Shown piece by piece: positions 61,216 through 64,000 of a stretch of DNA of 64,000 nt. The notes beneath the pieces were generated by a model, which saw only the letters and a program-made list of their open reading frames with translations, was not told the DNA's origin and made no database searches. This DNA is from Tubulanus polymorphus (lineage: Eukaryota > Animalia > Nemertea): the NCBI RefSeq assembly GCF_964204645.1, contig NC_134033.1, positions 8,192,655 through 8,256,654 of the forward strand, in the 5' to 3' direction. Each line of letters starts with the position of its first letter. Position 1 is the first letter of the stretch. The position numbers and the translations under genes are program-made.

Positions 61216-62972
61216 AACTAGGGGTCCAGGGGACACCATGCCCACTTGGGAAGTGGTTTCCAATGCTAAAAAAATCTAACAATTTCAATATTCAACGCCC
61301 CCTGGTGACCATATACAAAAACCAATGACCTTGAAACTCACTACAATCATAGTAGAACATGTCAGCAGCTACGATTTTGTTATTGATTGTGATAACAAAA
61401 TATGCCTCATTACCAATTTAATATGGAAATACTAAGTATTTCTACTATTCAACGCCCCCTGGTGACCATATGCAAAACCCAATGACCTTGAAACTCCCCA
61501 CAATAATAGAACATGTCATAAACTACAACTTTGCAATTGATCATGGTAACAAAATATGCCTAGGTTCCAATCTAATAAGGAAATAGTTATTCTACTATTC
61601 AACGCCCCCTGGTGACCATATAGAATAACTAATATCCTTAAAACTCACCACAATCATAGACAGTGTCATGAGCTACAAGTTTGCAAGTGATTGTGGTAAC
61701 AAAATATGCTTAGGTATCAATATCATGCGGAAAACCTTTTTCCAACCTACGAATGAGTACTGATGATACCAAGATGGCCGCCAATTGCGTCATAATTGGC
61801 CGATCAAAAATACCTGGCTCAGGTCTAAAACATCCTTTTCCAATGAATACCCTTCACAAATTGCAATGAGAAATGGCAAACCAGTAGGAAGCTACAGGAC
61901 TCGGAATTCGAGGCAAAATTGACATTTTTGGGCACTTAAAAGGTCATAGGACGGCCATCTTGATTCCGATTGACCCAATTTTTCTTATGGTGATGGGCCC
62001 TTGGGGGATCGAAATATATACGAAAGATACAAGGCAATTGATTTAAGCGTCTTCAAAATTTCCCTCAAAAAGTGTAAAAAGTGCTGATTTTGACGAACAA
62101 CAATGACTGCCAGTCGGCCATCTTGATTCTGAAAAGGCCAGTTTTGGGGCTGAAGATGTGTGTCTAGGGTAGATACATGTATGAACGAAATATCAAGACA
62201 TTATCTTGAACTGTCTTCAAAACTTCCCAAAATAACTGGACGTATCGGCCCCACTCCGCGCGGTTGCGCCACCGCGCGGGATTTACGCGAAGCAGCAAAT
62301 ACAAACATGGCCACTCTCTCAATTTTCAGTGATAGAAATCGTGTCCACATTTCAATTATTTCGGCTGTTAGGGTTTTAAGGCACAATATAAGTTGATGAT
62401 GTGATATGGCGATGTTAATTAATGATAATTCCTCAGTGAAGCTAGTCACGAACGGTGCCAATCGAGTGTACAGCTGCCAAAAACACTGAAATGTGCGTAG
62501 TTGCGTAACTATTTGCAGTGAATTGCAGACGAAACATGAAGCCTTAACGGCCGTTTAAAAAAAAAATTATACCAATCGCAATTGTAAAATAAAGATGAGG
62601 TAGAACCTAAGTTAAAATTCTGGCCATTTCTAAAATGTTATTACTAATTTTTAGTCAGTGCGGAACGTTTAGCTTTCCAACAATAATGAGGGGTGGCAGG
62701 TAGTCATGCAATTCAAGTCATCATTTATTACACGTTACTTCCGTGTTGTTGAAAATCTTGCGAGTCCTGGACCAAACCCCATTGAACAATTTGATCTGTG
62801 TGCTGGCCACAAATGCTCACAGATCACACTACACTACCCATTACACACTCCAGTAACCACAGCTTTCATATATCCATCCAAATATTTAGAGTGTCTTTCT
62901 TCCTGGATTCCGTCTACGGACGGACAGACGGACGCTATGACGCTGGGACTTAAGTCCCAAGTGGGCTAAAAA
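61216..62972 (-). mobile_element. HINE-like family A, three units, with an insert at 62241-62902 flanked by CTGGA
   Basis: Family sequence stops at ...aataactgga (62240) and resumes at ctggattccgtctacgg (62903). Confidence 0.8.
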
Positions 62973-63029
62973 GGGAGTTAAGTTTCTACTAGGCTGTACC
63001 GTAGGTACAAAAATAATAAGGAACTAATT

Positions 63030-63645
63030 AGTTATTCTACTATTCAACGCCCCCTGGTGACCATATAGAATAACTAATGACCTTAAAACTCACTACAATC
63101 ATAGACCATGTCATGAGCTACAACTTTGCAATTGATTGTGGTAACAAAATATGCATAGGTACAAATATAATATAGAAATACTAAGTTATTGTATTATTCA
63201 ACACCCCCTGGTGGCCATATACAAAAACCATTGACCTTAAAACTTGCCACAATCATGGAAAATGTTATGAGCTACAACTTTCCAATCAAGATAATGTGGG
63301 AAAACTCTTTTCCATCTACGAATGAGTACTGATGACACCAAGATGGCCTCCAATTGCGTGATAATAGGCTGATCAAAAACACTTGTCCGAATTCGTAAAG
63401 ATCCCTTTCTATAGAATACCCATCACAAATTTCAATAAAAAATGGCGAACCAGTAGGAATATACAGACTCCGAATTCGGGCCAAAATAGACATTGTGGGC
63501 ACAAGAAAGTTCACAGGATGGCCATCTTGAGTCCAATCAACCCAATTTTTCTTATGCCGATGGGCCCTTGGGGGAAATAAATACATACGAAAGATCAAGG
63601 TTATTAATCATAGCCTCTTCAAAATTTCCTTTGAAAACTTCAAAC
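63030..63645 (-). mobile_element. HINE-like family A, truncated copy
   Basis: Two 154-bp units and the adjacent unique region. Termini missing. Confidence 0.75.
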
Positions 63646-63840
63646 ATGTGGTCGGTTCTCCTGCCCTGGTAGATTCGAATGACAAAGATCGTTTTTCATT
63701 AGATTGACTGAGAAATGACAGTCTGTTCTACAAACAATGAAAATTAACCTGATAGATAATCTTTTGCTTGTTTCCAACTGTCAGAGACTGTCAAGTAAAG
63801 ATAGGCTGAAAAGTCTTTGAGAGATCCGTCAATTGACATC

Positions 63841-63876
63841 CTCCCTCTGCAGGGACTCGAACCTGATGGCATCGCT
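63841..63876 (-). repeat. B-box-containing interspersed repeat (also at about 9071-9100 on - and 53338-53374 on +)
   Basis: Shared motif gc.(a/g)tgccatc.ggttcgagtccc....gagggag. Confidence 0.5.
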
Positions 63877-64000
63877 ACACTCAGCCACGGCACGAACCCC
63901 TGCATCAGTAGACCGGGTGCGCAGGTACATGCGCAGCTTTCCGAACGAAAACTGGCGGCACCAATCAGATTGCTCGTTGTATAATCGTTGAGGCAAATTT

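Overview
AT-rich animal (probably invertebrate) genomic DNA with two convergent, intron-rich host genes embedded in nested transposons. (1) The + strand carries the 3' part of a bromodomain gene (five exons that splice in phase, 1566-10010; terminal exon uncertain). (2) The - strand carries the 3' part of a type IV collagen alpha-1-like gene (six Gly-X-Y exons, 58632-48685, and a complete NC1 domain ending at TAA 33032). The main finding is that one NC1 exon is present twice (36249-36335 and 36099-36185). Both copies are 87 nt, phase 0/0, open and have canonical splice sites, and they are only 63 nt apart. This is the layout of mutually exclusive exons, and the two copies encode an acidic, Met-free and a basic, Met-rich version of the start of NC1 subdomain 2. 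Mobile elements include a structurally complete DIRS1-type retrotransposon lying in sense orientation just upstream of these exons (identical ITRs, ICR, probable 5'-UTR intron) and a degenerate Mag-like Ty3/gypsy element interrupted by a 1.27-kb foldback MITE. There are also about ten Helentron-associated (HINE-like) repeats with 154-bp internal arrays whose orientation follows host transcription, several MITE families, two degenerate hammerhead ribozyme motifs and a duplication with a templated insertion. All coordinates and alignments were read by eye; no searches were run.
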